A stretch of 64,000 nucleotides of DNA from Selaginella moellendorffii. Taxonomy: Eukaryota; Plantae; Lycopodiophyta. The notes under the pieces were generated by a model. The model was not told the origin of the DNA and made no database searches. It saw only the letters and a list, made by a program, of their open reading frames with translations. This document shows positions 63,466-64,000 of this stretch, in pieces; position 1 is the stretch's first letter, and every line of letters starts with the position of its first letter. The DNA lies in NCBI RefSeq assembly GCF_000143415.4, contig NW_003314281.1:1651882-1715881 (forward strand), written 5' to 3'. The position numbers and the translations under genes are program-made.

Positions 63466-64000
63466 GTTCCCTTGGCACTAGGAAGATTGATTCGTCACCA
63501 AACTGATCTTCTCAGCACCAAGGGAACAAAAAAAAGAAGAAAAGAAGCAGTTCCCTTGGCACTGGGAAGATCGGTTTGGTGACAAACCGATCTTCTCAGC
63601 GCCAAGGGAACAAAAAAAAGAAGAAAAGAAGCAGTTCCCTTGGTGCTGAGAAGATTGGTTCATCACTGACCCAATCTTTTCAATGTCAACAGAACAAGAA
63701 AAAGGAAAAAAGAAGCAGTTCCTTTGGCACTAGGAAGATTAGTTTGTCGCCGAACCAATCTTCTCAACACCAAGGGAACAAAAAAAAGAAGAAAAGAAGA
63801 AGTTCCCTTGGCATTGGGAAGATTGGTTTGTCACCGAACTGATCTTCTTAGCGCTAATGGAATGACAAGAAACAAAAAAAAACCCAAATCTGATGTGCTG
63901 GGAAGATTGGTTCGTCGTTGAACTGATCTTCTCAGTGCCAATGGAATGACAAGAAATGAAAAACCTAGAATCTGGTGTGCTGGAAAGATCGGTTTGCTAT
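63466..64000. repeat. Tandem array, 84-bp period: a 62-bp palindrome plus a 22-bp A-rich spacer; continues past the window end in variant form
   Basis: Units start at 63466, 63550, 63634, 63718 and 63802. Confidence 0.92.

Noticed and set aside
63466-64000. CRISPR-like array
   Set aside because: Spacers are near-identical A-rich linkers rather than unique sequences; no cas genes; eukaryotic context

Overview
Eukaryotic land-plant genomic DNA. The roughly 45-80 nt introns, very tight gene spacing and plant-specific genes suggest a compact lycophyte genome such as Selaginella (inference). 1-28.3 kb is gene-dense: RPS15A, LPA2, plastid SHMT (SHM3-type), plastid ACP, a small SWADQWD protein, an FAD monooxygenase, a 13.3 kb TRA1/TRRAP gene, an intronless Ser/Thr kinase, two tandem GDSL lipases and an SCL-type SR splicing factor. 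28.3-64 kb is an AT-rich nest of decayed transposons, and two things stand out there. (1) A family of ~195 bp LTRs carries a 5S rRNA-derived Pol III promoter (Cassandra-like). It occurs as a solo LTR, a TRIM and a fold-back, and also directly in front of the PBS and gag-pol of a chromoviral Ty3/Gypsy element, in the composite 5S-LTR/PBS/gag-pol-chromo/long LTR/PBS/TRIM core/5S-LTR. (2) There are two diverged, intron-containing, decayed copies of a gene fusing a ParB/Srx-like domain (IIDGNHR) to a beta-class amino (N6A/N4C)-type DNA methyltransferase fold. They lie next to a SWIM zinc-finger gene and are associated with palindromic hairpins, including an 84-bp-period hairpin array. All exon structures, alignments and family assignments were made by eye, without database searches.
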